DNA from: Felis catus
Lineage: Eukaryota
Length of the DNA stretch: 64,000 bases
Direction of reading: 5' to 3'
Assembly: GCF_018350175.1 (NCBI RefSeq)
Contig: NC_058368.1
Span: forward strand, 28,150,001-28,214,000
This document shows, piece after piece, positions 23,640 to 36,763 of the stretch. Numbering within the stretch: the first letter of the stretch is position 1; the number at the start of each line of letters is the position of its first letter. The position numbers and the translations under genes are program-made. The notes under the pieces were generated by a model. That model was not told the DNA's origin. It ran no database searches and saw only the letters and a list, made by a program, of their open reading frames with translations.

Positions 23640-24050
23640 GGTACCATAAGCAAACATTCAGAAAGGGACGTAGGATTTACTGATAAGGGAGTCTATCCAT
23701 TGCGTTATTTTTATTTCTAAAACTGTAAATAAACTAAAGGGTCAGAATAGAGTTTAGACAAACATAACTAAGCTGTGCAGTCATTAAAAATCACTGAAGG
23801 AGAGGGGATAGTGATCAAAATATATTAAGAGGGAAAAATACGGTTGTTAAACAATATGTACATTATGATCCCATTTACTTTTAAGTAATTATTCATTTAT
23901 TTATGTAAAAAAGAAGGGAATATTCCAAAAGATTAAATGTGTTATAATTTCTGGTTGATTCCAAGTGATTTTTATCTTCTTTATACTTCTCTGTAGGGTA
24001 TAAAATGTTTACAGTTACTATACATTACATTTGAAATTAGGAGAAAACAA
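23640..24050 (+). mobile_element. Very old L1 (L1ME-like) 3' fragment
   Basis: gtgcagtcattaaaaat, aaacaatatgtacattatgatcccattt and gtgatttttatcttctttat motifs. Confidence 0.5.
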
Positions 24051-24089
24051 TTCTTTATTACTTTCAAGTTCAAAAAAGACAATTACCCT

Positions 24090-24295
24090 GAGGCACCTGG
24101 GTGGCTCAGTTGGTTAAGTGCTCAACCCTTGATTTTGGCTGAGGCCATGATCTCATAGCTCGTGAGTTCAAGCCCCACGTTGGGCTCTGTGCTGACACTG
24201 TAGAGACTGCTTAGGATTGTCTCTCTCTGCCTCTGCCCCTCTCCCCCTTTCACACACACTCTCTCTCTCTCTCAAAATAAATGAATAAACTTTAA
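24090..24295 (+). mobile_element. CAN-SINE
   Basis: SINE head and tail. TSD aaaaaagacaattaccc at 24072-24088 / 24296-24312. Confidence 0.95.
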
Positions 24296-25868
24296 AAAAA
24301 AGACAATTACCCCAATAACTGAAGGACTAATTGTGTTCACAGTGGTTAAGTCAGTCCTTTCACGGGCACGGCCTTCCTGTTATAAATTAAAGAATGAAGT
24401 GCCTCTGCCTTCCTTGTAGTTGAAGTCAGTGAACTTCCAGACTCTTTGTCCTTCAAGGCTTGGCTTTTCGAACATCTTTGGATGGGGGATAATTTACCCC
24501 TCTCAGAGCCTTTGTCCTTCCTCGTCTTCCTGGGCCAGCGGGCTGGAAGAAGGTACACAAGCCAGCACCCAGCTGTTTCGTCCAGGCTCTGACTGTCCAC
24601 CTCCAGGTTTCTCTGAAAGGGAGAGGCTACGAACACCCACCTGCCATCACTGAAAGGCAACATGAACCAACACGTTCCAGAGAAGGGACCTCAGGACTAG
24701 AGGGACGAGGTGGTAAAAATTCTAGAAAAGCACCTCATTTTCCTGCTTCTCCAACACTGCACACATCCCCTCTCATTTGCTTTAGGGAAACCAGGGCACA
24801 TCTGAGTGAGAAAATGGCAGAGTGACTATTATCCGTGATAGCAAATCCGGGTTTCTTTACCTACATTCCTTCCCAGGTAGTTAACCACTAAATCAGTGCT
24901 CCAAAACTTTAATTTCAACACACAGAGATGTATGCATCTTCATCAAAAAATGCTCATTGGGTACCTTCTCTGTACTTGGCAAAGTCGTAAGTATAAAGAA
25001 ATAACGACAATTTTCCTGCCCTGAGGAATTAGAATCAAGGGAAAGTTACATAACTACATGAGAGCGTGGGTTTACTGTAAGTAGAATAATATATGGAGCA
25101 CTTTGGCTTTTTATTTTAAACCGCTCTGTGCTATTAATAAACAGGATGGCCAGAATAATCTTAATCAGTTTTATTGTACAAAATTAAAATTCAAAAACAT
25201 GTTTTATTTTATTTTCTCCAAATCTCAAGAGAGCAGGGTTTAATGAATATAGCTACTTAGAGATATAAATTAGCCATCAGTTTCCTTTTTCTTTCCTTTT
25301 TTTCATAAAGATAGTGAGGTTAATGATATCATTATCTCCACCAGCTTCTAACACTAGGGAACATAAGATTGATCCATTTTCCCTAAATCTTTTGTGTAGT
25401 AAGTTTTTATGCAAGTGGAAAACTTAATGCTAACAGAAACAAATTTGACCACGCTTTTTAAATTATAGGATAATTACTAATTCTGTGGTCATTCATTCCC
25501 ATGCCATCAACTCCAACACAGGAAACTATGAGAAATACAACCACTGGTAAAATTAAACCTGCAATTATAGCACCAATTTCTAGGATATGTTGATTTTTCT
25601 CTATTTTGCAACATGTACACAGATATATAAAATTTTCTCATTTATTCCTCACATGTTGACCTTGTAAGTCCAGAGTTTGTCATGTTATGATGATTTTCGT
25701 GAAGTTAAGACAGTTTTTGATCCTGCTTATTGCCTTCCTTGTTAATTTTTAATGCGAGGGTGGTAGTATACTCAATGTATCAGTCAACTTGCCCTTGAAA
25801 ACACTAATCAAAAAAAAAAAAGAGAGAAAAGAAAAAGAAACAAACATGAAACAAACACGCTTTATCTT

Positions 25869-26089
25869 TTTTTTTTAATTTTTTTTAATGTGTATTTATT
25901 TTTGAGACCGAGAGAGACAGAGCATGAACAGGGGAGGGGCAGAGGGAGAGGGAGACACAGAATCGGAAGCAGGCTCCAGGCTCTGAGCCATCAGCCCAGA
26001 GACCCACGCGGGGCTCGAACTCACGGACCGCGAGATCGTAACCTGAGTTGAAGTCGGACGCTTAACTGACTGAGCCACCCAGGTGCCCC
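25869..26089 (-). mobile_element. Felid CAN-SINE
   Basis: TSD acaaacacgctttatctt 25851-25868 / acaaacacactttatctt 26090-26107. Confidence 0.96.
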
Positions 26090-27146
26090 ACAAACACACT
26101 TTATCTTAATTCATCATCATTTTAGCCAATGGTTTTCCTATGATAGCATTTGGATCAATCCCTTTGCAGAGAATTCCCATCACACTTGATATCTTTACTA
26201 ATACCCAATATATACTTGCAGAACTTCTAGGTACTCTGTATTTCTCCCATACACTACCTTCAACCCTTCTCAGTTCTGAGGGCAGCGTATTCAACATTTC
26301 GTTATGCCTCAACTTAAAACCATTCAAACAGCTCCCCAATTTTCCTCATTGATTGAAGCTTCCTCTAACCAGAACCTTCCCTCCGCCACCATTCTCTACA
26401 CAATTGGTTTTTCATCTTTTTCTTTTTCTATAGCCATAGTAAACTATTAGTTTAAGAAATTTCATCCAGTTTTCCATATTATTTTTTCCTCTCTGATCTC
26501 TGGATCAGTACTGTCAGTCTTAAATTATCAGCTCCATTGGCGGGGGTCCTGGCTAATCCAAATGCCACAACAGCACATCTGACATGACATAACTCCACCC
26601 ACAGACTGGAAGGGGGCAAGATGATAATCATAGCAATAATAAAGAGTTAGCCCTCAGTTTTTGGTGTGTACTATCTGAATCTAAACTCAGTCTAAATGTG
26701 GAGCTATTACTTTTACTACTACACTCTGCTGTTGTGATGAAGAAGAGGACCAAGGCAGAGGAGGAAGCAGGGAGGGTAGAATAACTGTGGTTAAATTCCT
26801 AGTGCTAGAAAAGTACTTGAATGGAATCCTGGCCCCCTAGTTATGTGCTACACACTGTCTAGTGAGCAAAACAGGGTAAAATTCCTACCCTCACAAAGTT
26901 TGCAGTTGAGTAATGGAGATAAGTAAAGGGGCACAGAAAGACACAGAATCAGAGAAGGTTCCCTTGGGGAATGTGTTGTCTGAAGGGCAGGTCAGTGTTA
27001 ACCAGAAAGGAGCAGGGAAGGGTATTAAAGGAAATAGCATGTGCAAAGGCCCTACCTCATATGAAAGATGAGGTTTATTAAAATAGTGCAGAAAAAGCAC
27101 CCAGCATAGTTTCTGGCACATGTGATAGGGGTTGATAACGTTAACA

Positions 27147-27435
27147 GTGATGATGACAGTGGAAGTACTGGTGATGATGATGGTGATGGAGGTGGTGGTG
27201 GTGGTGATGGTGATGGTGATGGTGATGGTGGTAATGGTGGTGATGATGGTGGTGATGGTGATGGTAATGATAATGGTGGTGGTGGCAATGGAGGTGATGA
27301 TGGTGGTGGTGATGGAGGTGGTGATGATGATGATGATGGCAAGGGAGGTGATGATGGTGGTGGTGATGGAGTTGGTGGTGTGGTGATGGTGATGGTGATG
27401 GTGGCAATGGAGGTGATGATGACCACAACTGTGAT
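27147..27435. repeat. Compound (TGG)n/(TGA)n trinucleotide low-complexity tract
   Basis: Directly visible. Follows a MIR-like 3' end at ~27050-27145. Confidence 0.95.
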
Positions 27436-29289
27436 GGAGGAATATCTCCTTTCAAAGTATTGCCATCCTGTTCTCTTAACCAACAGTAGAGCTAATTAAC
27501 GAGATTTATTGTTTTTCCTAGGTTCCAGCTCACCCTTTAGTGAAGGCACTTTTTTAAAGTGCATTTCCCTAAAGGCAGGCAAAAAAAAAAAAAAAGAAAA
27601 GAAAAAGAAAAAGAACTAAAAGTCTAGATTATTTACATTTGACTAATATTTCTTTTATTTGTCAATTATTTCTGTGCAGTATAGCAGGGCTCTCTGATTT
27701 AATCTTCACAAGTGGAAGAACAAAATATAGACCATCTATTATGTCCGTTAAGGGATGAGTGCCCAGTTTCTACAGGGAAATATCTAACTAGAACAATTAG
27801 ATGAGACATTTACCTAATACGACATTTCTCAGTAGTAGTGGAACAAAGAAAACAATATTTCTTCCAAAGTAAATAATACTTTTTCCAAGCCACACCCCTT
27901 TCAGACCACTTCTAAGCGATGATAGTTAATGGCAGTTAGGAGTTTTCTAACGGTCTTACAGACACTATGGAAATCATGGTCCACGCAGTTTCCCTGCTCA
28001 CTTCACATTTACCAGCCATCTCAAATAGGTAAGCGCTTACGTTAAACACTTCTGAAACGCTATGGTAAAATATGCAGTGAAATATAATTTGCCTGGACGA
28101 TTAAATCCCTATCCAATGGCCTTTCCCTCCTACAGCTGCTCTACATATAACAACGTTCAAAGGATAAGAGAATCTAACAGTTGCAAACACTGAATTCACA
28201 CACCCAAAAGATTTCCATAAAAGCCCAATAAAAACACACAGAAAGGTGTGGTTGCTCATCTTTATTTTCTTTAAAGTACAGTGGCTATTTTCTATTAGAC
28301 TTCACCTGGTTTGTTTATGTAATGTCTATTACCAGTAGGCTATTGCCTGAAAGAGGAGAAAATGATTGCAAGCATGAGCTAGGGAAACTGCCATCTTCTC
28401 ACCAGTGCATGGGAAATAAATCAATTCCTTAAAGCACAAGATCTAGGAGGAGCATTCCTCCCACCTAAATCCTGAAATTATCTGTCCATATGCATAAGTG
28501 CATTCCCCCCCGACCACCGCAACCCTGCCACCTCTTTCCCCAGAGGGGCCAATGCTTTAAATCTTGGATGGAATCCATACCCACAGAAAAATCGTTAAAA
28601 TCCATTGCTCAGGAGAGTTTTCCTTTTGTTATTCTTTTACTTGGCAACTTTTAAACACCTAGAAAGATGACTTTAAAAGGGCAGCACCTCTGTTTAATTG
28701 CTCAGAAATTAGGTATGAGCAATGTAATGTATGATAAGTATTAAAATGATATGGATGTTAAACAGGTAATAGAAAAAAGTGATCCCTTGTCCAGTCATCA
28801 GAAAATACCGAGCAAGGTAACAATAAGAATATATGATGACTTAATTTTTTTCAACTGCCATTTAAAAACATTTCAAAATGTTAAGGGTATGTGTGGATGA
28901 CTGTGTGATATCCTTCTGACAAATTCTTTTCAGTTGACATATAGAACAGGAATTTGAGTGCTGTAGAGAAATCACCACATTTGCTGATATCATGTTTTTT
29001 TACAATTGTCATGGTCTGTGAATTTTTAGAGTCATTTCCCACACTTAGTCCTTCTATGCCTTGTTCATTTTTTCCAATGAACTTCATGCTTCGGTGGTTA
29101 TCATTCTAAATTTCCTTAAAAGTGGGATTCTATGGATAATAACTGAGTTCATGTCCACCTATCACAGGTAACCTATACTGGAGAACCAAACTAGCAGATC
29201 AGCAACAGAATGAAATGCTGGAGTGGAGTGGTTGTCTGTTTACATATGGTGGTACTATTCACTGCAACTGTGCTATATCTGTACTATAT

Positions 29290-29315
29290 CCCTATACATA
29301 TACATATATATATAT

Positions 29316-29357
<42 letters not shown>

Positions 29358-29362
29358 ATATA
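29290..29362. repeat. (TA)n-rich microsatellite
   Basis: Directly visible, interrupted by ccc. Confidence 0.9.
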
Positions 29363-29506
29363 GTACAATATAGTACTATATCTGTACTATAACTGCAGGA
29401 ATATAATGAATACCTTGGATTCTTTCCCTACAAAAGTAAAAGATTTCAGAGTTTATGGTAATTATGTGATGCACCTTTATAAAATAATACAAAGAGTTGT
29501 TTTTAA

Positions 29507-29538
29507 GGGAGAGGAGGAGGGAAAGGAGGGAGAGGGAA

Positions 29539-29575
<37 letters not shown>

Positions 29576-29790
29576 AGAAGAAGAAGAAGAAGAAAGAGGA
29601 GGAGGAGGGAAACAAGGGGAAGGGGAAGAGGGGAAGGGGAAGGAGGAGAGGGAGGAGAAGGAGGAGGAGAGGGAGGAGAAGGAGGAGGAGAAGGAGAAGG
29701 GGAAGAAGAAGGGAGGGGAAGAAGGAGGGGAGGGAAAAGAGGAGGATGAGGAGAAGGGAGATAGAGGGAGAGAAGGGGGGAGAGAAGAAG
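29507..29790. repeat. Polypurine tract including (GAA)14 and (GGA)-rich units
   Basis: Nearly pure A/G on the + strand. (GAA)14 at 29553-29594. Confidence 0.95.
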
Positions 29791-30519
29791 TAAATGACCA
29801 ATGGAAAAAATGTTTGGCAATACAGCCTTCAAAAAACATACCGTAACAATATACACCAATGTCGTGGAGCTAAATTTTTGTGGACAGAAGTTGAAAATTA
29901 GAGAAAGAAGCCAGATGAGGGGGCTCTCAGTTTTTTCTGGTGAGCTCCTAATAGAGTGGGCAACAGACATGAGGAAACAGACGGTGCCCCCATAGTGCCA
30001 GGCTGAGCACTGAGACTATGCACAAGTAAATTATTCCTCTAAATGTAGAATTCTAGGAGGAACATTACCCCATCCAAATCCTGAAGTTAGATTCAAAATT
30101 GTGTGTTTATATACATCAGTGCATTCTCCTGCCCTCCTAGGAAGAGGAGACACGACTTTCTTTGGATATTTAATGTAGTCCATGACCTCAAAAATTTTGT
30201 TAAAGCACAATGCTCAAGGTCAGGGTTTCCCAGAAGCTTTTTCCAGAAACATCCAAGTTGCTCTGCATCTCCTAAGTCTAGATCATAAAAGAAGGGAGAG
30301 AAGCAACACTGAGGGATATTAGAACAGTTTTTTTCCTGAGTGTAAAACCTAACCCATAGCCTCATTCTCCTTAAGCTCATGTCTTAACTTGATTAACAAG
30401 CCCAGACTTCAGATAACTGCCACAGTTATACGTGGTCAGTCCTCTGCAATTTTCCAAAATTTGTTCCCATTTGCTATGTTGTTTGTTACTCGCTTCACCT
30501 CTGGAGATAAGTAGGTCAC

Positions 30520-30660
30520 CTTACCATTAGTTCTCATTTACAGAACAGGAAATTGAGGCCCAAAGAGCTAAGGTGACTTGCTCAAGTTCACAAGTGGTGG
30601 TCGCTTGTCAGGTTGAGAATGTAGGCCTCTGATACCTAGATCCGTGTTGCAGCACACTGT
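30520..30660 (-). mobile_element. MIR SINE fragment
   Basis: ctcatttacagaacaggaaattgaggcccaaagagctaaggtgacttgctcaagttcaca. Confidence 0.75.
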
Positions 30661-31059
30661 GCCCAGTTTCCATCATGTGCAGAAAATCAAAGAAGGGTAA
30701 GACATGTTTGCCCACAAGAAAGTTAAAATCTAAACAGTGTGTTTTTCTCTCCCAGTAGCAAAAAGATTTGTTTAATCACCTCAACCTAACCTTGCACATA
30801 TCCCTGCAAGATACCCTGCCCTTTCTCAGCGGTACAGTGAATCCAAAGCATTTAAAGGGAAGCAGTGCCCTTCCTAGACAACAAAGAGAGTAGCCACACA
30901 AAACTCCAGGCAGATGAGAAAAGCAAATAACGCTCCTTAGCCCATTTCTGAGGATATCTTTTGTTTGAAAGAACAAGACCACAACCTTGCTGACAGGAGA
31001 AATCATCTTCCTTCAATAAAGGTGTGTTGTAAAAATTAATATTTTTTAGAAATATGTTT

Positions 31060-31440
31060 ATTTACTGGAATAGAGAGTGTTACTAGCTCTAATATTTCAC
31101 CTCTCCCTCTACCCACACTATTTTCCATGTAACTGTACAATGCACACCCAGTGTGGGCGGGGTGTGCTTCTATGATTCTTGGCAAAACATTCTTGGGTTT
31201 GGACATATGACTTGCCTTTGCCAATAGAATAAGGCCAAAGTCGTATTGTGCTTATTCTAAGCCAAGGCCTCAAGAGGACTTATGTTTTGTCACTAGCCTC
31301 ATGTAATTCTGTCTTCACCTTGAGAAGACCATGCCAGCCTAGCCCACTGTCACCAGGATGAGGAAGCTGAACATTTGGGACAGAGCTGAACCAACCAAGT
31401 CACCTTAGCTGAGCTAAATCTACATTAGCCAGTCTCCCAA
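31060..31440 (+). mobile_element. MLT1G/H/I-type MaLR LTR
   Basis: ggacatatgacttgcctttgccaatagaat...aagccaaggcctcaagagg...ttgagaagaccatgcc. Confidence 0.7.
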
Positions 31441-31784
31441 AAGATACCTCTTTGAAGATGCCTCCAAGACCAAGTCATCAGCTGTGCTTTTTACAAAGTG
31501 AAGTTCTTTTCATAACAAACCATGTATTTTTTGTCCCCATGCAACAGATAAGGCAATTTTACTTGAACTTTCCTGTCCAGTTTTAATAACAAAGTTTCAA
31601 GACTCTTAGTTTCACTTTCATGAGGTGCTTTTCTACAGGAGACAACCAGATATACCTGGAAGTTCAAGCCCAATTATTAACTAGACTGTGAACAAGTACC
31701 TCATCTTCCATATCTATCCATTGGTGGAACCATAAAGAGAATAATTACTCAATTGATAAGCATCCTATGATGAAAATCTGTAGT

Positions 31785-32110
31785 CTATGGCATTGCCTCA
31801 AAAGTTCTAAGGGAAAACTATTTGCAACCCAGAATTTCATACCCAGTTGAGCTATCATTCTAGTATACGTGTAGACAAAGACATTTTCAGATATATAAGA
31901 ACTTCTTGAGAATATGCTCCAGCAAAATAATGGAGTAAATCAAGAAATATGTAGTTAGAAGATTTAAGAAACAGTGGATCCACTCCAGGTTGGGCAGCAA
32001 AAGAAAGACTGAGGATGACAGCTGTGCAGCAGATTTTGAGGAGTACTAGATATGATGAGAGCAGGACGATAGAAATCCTAGGTCTCTAGGGTAAATAAAA
32101 AGTCAGTATG
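31785..32110 (+). mobile_element. HAL1/old L1 ORF1-like fragment
   Basis: ttctaagggaaaactatttgcaacccagaatttcatacccag...aaagacattttcagat...gaggatgacagctgtgcagcag is HAL1-like. Confidence 0.7.
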
Positions 32111-32125
32111 ATGGAGTGAAAATTT

Positions 32126-32354
32126 TTTTTTTAATTTTTTTTTTCTTTTCAACTTTTTTATTTATTTTTGGGACAGAGAGAGACAGAGCATGAACGGGGG
32201 AGGGGCAGAGAGAGAGGGAGACACAGAATCGGAAACAGGCTCCAGGCTCTGAGCCATCAGCCCAGAGCCTGACGCGGGGCTCGAACCCATGGACCGCGAG
32301 ATCGTGACCTGGCTGAAGTCGGACACTTAACCGACTGCGCCACCCAGGCGCCCC
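32126..32354 (-). mobile_element. Young felid CAN-SINE (SINEC_Fc-like)
   Basis: Near-consensus reverse complement, flanked by gagtgaaa(a)ttt on both sides. Confidence 0.97.
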
Positions 32355-32622
32355 TAGAGTGAAATTTAGAAAAGTAGGATGGATAGATTACAACAATGGA
32401 AGCTGGGTATAAATGAAAGATAACTGAATCCACACAATGGGTAAAAAATTATGTATAGTTCCCTCTAGATAACTTTAGTATTATTACGCAAAAGTAACCT
32501 CAAGTCATATTCACTGGGATTGTAATATTAATTACCAGCCCTCCTATTTAAGAACTTGGTGAAAACACTTAGAGAAGTATGATAAAAACTTTGCTCCAAC
32601 CAGGGTTTCTTAACAGAATTAA

Positions 32623-32777
32623 GAGCCCACGTCAGGCTCTGTGCAGACAGCTCAGAGCCTGGAGCCTGTTTCGGATTCCGTGTCTCCCTCTCTCTCTGCC
32701 CCTTCCCTGCTCATGCTCTGTCTCTCTCTCTGTCTCAGAAATAAATAAACGTTAAAAAAAATAAAAAATAAATAAAA
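32623..32777 (+). mobile_element. 5'-truncated felid CAN-SINE
   Basis: Starts at gagcccacgtcaggctct and runs to the A-tail. The tRNA-like head is absent. Confidence 0.92.
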
Positions 32778-32907
32778 CTGGCTAAAAATCAGTGTGCTTT
32801 TTATTATCACCATGTGGATGCAGTACAAGATAGTGTAAAAAATATCTGTTGCCTAGCATGCTTAAGAACTTTGAGAGCAATCAATACCCAAATGAGCTGG
32901 GACGCAT

Positions 32908-33620
32908 GAATTCATTCATCTATTTACTCGGCATCTCTTATGTGCAAGACACAGGGCTATGCGGTGCAGATGAAGTAATAAACAGCACTGGCACACTCTC
33001 TGACCTCACAGAGTTAACAGCTGGGCAAGAAATGTGCAAGTTGTCTTGAAAAGCATTTCTCCTCCTTCTTGAGAAGATGACATCTGAGTTAGAGCTGAAT
33101 GACAAGGAAGAGGCAATGCTGGAAGATCTAAGAGAGCATCTCAGTCAGCGTGAACATCAATGCAAAAGACTTGAAACGAGAACAAGGCTGCATTGGAAGC
33201 ATTGTGAATGAGGTGGAGAGTGGAGGGAGAGAAGCCAGCAGTAGGCACTAGGCCGAATTTTGCAAGCCATGGTAAAAGATCTGCATTTTAAATCTAGTTG
33301 CAGTGGGAAAATACTGGACAGCTTTAAGCTGGAAAGAAATACAATATGACTTTAGAAAGACCCCTCTGCCTGTTATGTGGAGTATAGAGAGGCAAGAGGA
33401 AAGCAGGAAACCAGTTAGGGGGCTATTGCATTGGTCCAGATGAGGGACGATCATGGTTTGGCTGAGGGTCTTGGCAGTGGATATGATGAAAATGGTCAAA
33501 TTCAAGAAGTGTTCAGGGGACAGAGAGGTTAAGACTTAACGATGGATTGGATATTGGTTGTGGGAGAAGGAGACGATGCATAAATGGCTCCTGGTTAAAC
33601 AATTTAACCAGTGGGTGTGA
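32908..33620 (-). mobile_element. L2 LINE 3' fragment
   Basis: ttcattcatctatttactcggcatctcttatgtgcaagacac... and gaaaccagttagggggctattgcattggtccagatgaggga. Confidence 0.85.
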
Positions 33621-34625
33621 GCATCAGTTACTAAGAAATTGTCTTCTTAGCTTATGTTCTGCTAAACTAGAAAAAGAAAAGGCTAATCCTCCCCCAACTT
33701 CCTCCTGCACTGGCAAAAAATACTAAAGAAACATGGTGAAATAAATATTTTCAGTTAATTAACATTCTCATATTATTCAGGCTCCCAGGCAATATCATAG
33801 ACCAATCATCTGGGAGTCACGGTCCTGGAGCATTCAGGACTGAACTCAGACAAACAATTTGATTGGCCCATAGTGGTATCCTGATTCCATTTCAGAGTAG
33901 AACTCGGGGTCTGGGTGTTGTTGCCCACAGCCTGAGGTCTGCCGCTCGCTTGTCCCTAAGCCCTGGCAGGAGCCATGCTGTGCAGAGACCATTCTGTGAG
34001 CTGATAAAAAGCTCACATAGCTGGCCCTCGGGTCAGAGGGTTGTGTAATGCAGTCCATAATGGCAGTGGAGGTAAGATTGGAAACCAAAAAATATATGTC
34101 AGTGTGGTCTGACCCTTTGCTGGGTTCACATGAAAATCCCATTTGCTTTCCAGAAAGTAGTGGTACAAACCATTATTCCTGTTCGTAAAGCTTTCTGGGG
34201 GCAGTTCTTCTAGGACACAGTCCTCTCTTGTGCTAGAAATTATTTTAAAAGTAAATAACACAAGATACCACTATTTAAAGAAATTCTGTGGTTCTAAGAT
34301 TCTTCTAGAAACCTTTTAGTGTTTCACCATAATGGGCTACACTACAAACAGCTTTACTGGTATATCTACAAAGAAGGTGGAGATCATGGGTGGTCTGGCC
34401 ACACCTAAGAGGCAGAATTAAACAGTGTCACTCCCAAAAGGAAGCAATGATTGCCAAAGCAGATTTCTACTGTGAAAATGGATTACTGCCTATTGCCAGC
34501 TTTTAAGAGAATCCTCATATGTCTAACACCGTGTAATGATTTGAGGCTTTCCAAGGGCATAGTATTTATTGTAACTGTACCATCAGTACAATCTGCAATT
34601 TAACAGATTGTGGTGTCAATTTGCC

Positions 34626-34627
<2 letters not shown>

Positions 34628-34655
<28 letters not shown>
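34628..34655. repeat. (TG)n microsatellite
   Basis: Directly visible. A second (TG)n lies at ~35365-35389. Confidence 0.95.
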
Positions 34656-34656
<1 letters not shown>

Positions 34657-34945
34657 ATATTTCAAGCAATATGCCTGGAGCTGAAGGGTGGTGGGGCCAT
34701 AAATCAATCTCCTTAGCTTTAGCCCACTGGCCCTGGTTGTGTTGCAGACATCTCTGCTAAGTGGCTGATAGCATGTCTCTGATTAAGTCATCGTAATAGG
34801 ACAGAGGAAAATCTCTGTGGAATCAATGCAGCGTCATGTGGAGCCACAAAATCACATCAGTGCCATTCACAGCAGACTTAACCTGTGGAGTGCACATGTG
34901 CACGCATGCTCAGTACCTACACTACAACAGGTCCATGGTCTAGCA

Positions 34946-35188
34946 GGCAGAACAGCATAGCAGTTAAGCGCTGGGACTCTGGAGTCGCACTGCCCAAGTT
35001 CAAGTCGCATTTTTCTCACTTAACTAGCTGTAAATATGAAACCTTGGCCAGTCTGTTAAATGGAGTGATGACAGAATGGATTCCACAAGGTTGGTGAAAT
35101 GATTAAATGAATTAACACATATAAATAACATAGAACAACACCTGACAAGTGATAAATACTGTATAAACATATGCTATTATTATGATTA
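34946..35188 (+). mobile_element. MIR SINE
   Basis: cagcatagcagttaagcgctgggactctggagtc...gattaaatgaattaacacatataaa...gctattatt. Confidence 0.85.
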
Positions 35189-36413
35189 TACTATGCTCTT
35201 TTGTCTAAGGTTACATTCAGTGAGTGTTTCTTTTATGACTTCGTGTGCCATCAGAATTCACCTAAAGAAGGAAGGATATGAAAAATTAACATGCACTGAG
35301 CCTCTGCTACATACCAGGTGCTGTTCTAGAAAATGTAGATGCACTGTGTGATCCAGGTACTTAGTGTGTGTGTGTGTGTGTGTGTGTGTGGCTAATATAT
35401 ATGTTAAAGTGGCTGGCACAGTGCAGGTTCTCAAAAATAATGTTGCTCCTATAATTACTTGTTAGCTTTTCCCTCCCAGGGAACTCGGAAGACCTCAAGG
35501 CCAATAGTCATTTTACTATTTAAACCTGATTTATTGTTATTCTTTTGTAAAAACAAAACAAAACGAGCAAAAAAGCGTACCTTTAGAATCATTACACATA
35601 CAGTAAAAGAAAAAAACTTAATGGCATGTGCCTTCAGAATTAGCACGTATTCACTGTTCAGCCTGATATATTTGACAATTGCCTTTGATTCCCCCTGTAG
35701 CTTTTTTTTTAACCAAAGAATAAGAGTTAATTGAAAAAGAGAGAAAAATGGGATGATGACCAACATTTCTGAAATAACAGGGAGTGATGGTTTTCCCAGT
35801 AATCTAGGAGGCTTATCCCAACTCTTCATCCTGAATGAATCAATGGTTTTCTCAACCAAATCTTGTGGCTTTGAGGGATGTGTATCTAACGGTTCTGAAG
35901 ATAGAGGGGCCATGAAATGACAACCTCTCTAAGGAGCTAGGCTATATGTTTTGGTATCACAAGCCCTTACTTTTGGTTCCAAGGTAGTAATGGGGATGTA
36001 CAACTCCACAAAATATAAAATTAAGGATGTCCGACTGACAAATATGCCTAGCACAGAAGCAGACCCCGGCCACAACATACAAAGCCAACTGGTGTTACTG
36101 ATGATTATATATATTTGTGCTGGATTGGATGATGGAAGGTGCCAGAGACCAGGCAGACTGATATGAGGTGAAGCTTGATTAGCACTAGCATCAGTATGGC
36201 TCATACTTGACAGGACAGATGGGCACTTGGGGCCAGGAGGGAGAAGCCAGCAGGCACAAGGCAGGAGCCTGGAAAGGGACCCCTTACCAGAAGGGGTCAC
36301 TTTTTCAGTCTTTCAAGTATGATATACCCTTCTGATGACCTAGAGAAATTATTGGGGCTCCCTGGCCCAGCAGGATTGCTGCACTGAAGTCACAGCCAAG
36401 CCAATCAGGAATT

Positions 36414-36732
36414 CATTGCTTCAACAAATATTTAGTGAGTACCTATTATATGAATAAAACATGTCAAATTTCCATGACCTAATGGTGCTTACATTCTAGC
36501 AAAGGGAGGCAGATAATAAATAAGTAACTTATTTAGTATAGTGGAAGATTAAAAGTGCTAAGAGAAACAACAAATAATACAAGGTAAGGGATTAGGGATG
36601 TAAATATAGGACTACAGTTTTAATACAGTTTCCAGAGCAGGTCTCACTAAAAAGATGATTTAAAAAAAAAAATGAACATTTATTCATTTTGGGGAGACAG
36701 AGAGAGACAGAGTGCAAGTCGGGGAGGGGCAA

Positions 36733-36763
<31 letters not shown>

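Noticed and set aside
27052..27499. His-rich, Pro/Ser-rich and Gly/Asp-rich ORFs
   Set aside because: They arise from a triplet repeat that is open in most frames, with no splice or unique coding context.
29376..29970. Glu/Lys/Arg-rich and Leu/Ser/Pro-rich ORFs (likewise 2510-2848 and 16488-16905)
   Set aside because: Translations of purine microsatellites.
35455..35913. 152-aa minus-strand ORF
   Set aside because: AT-rich, low-information sequence with no recognisable protein family.
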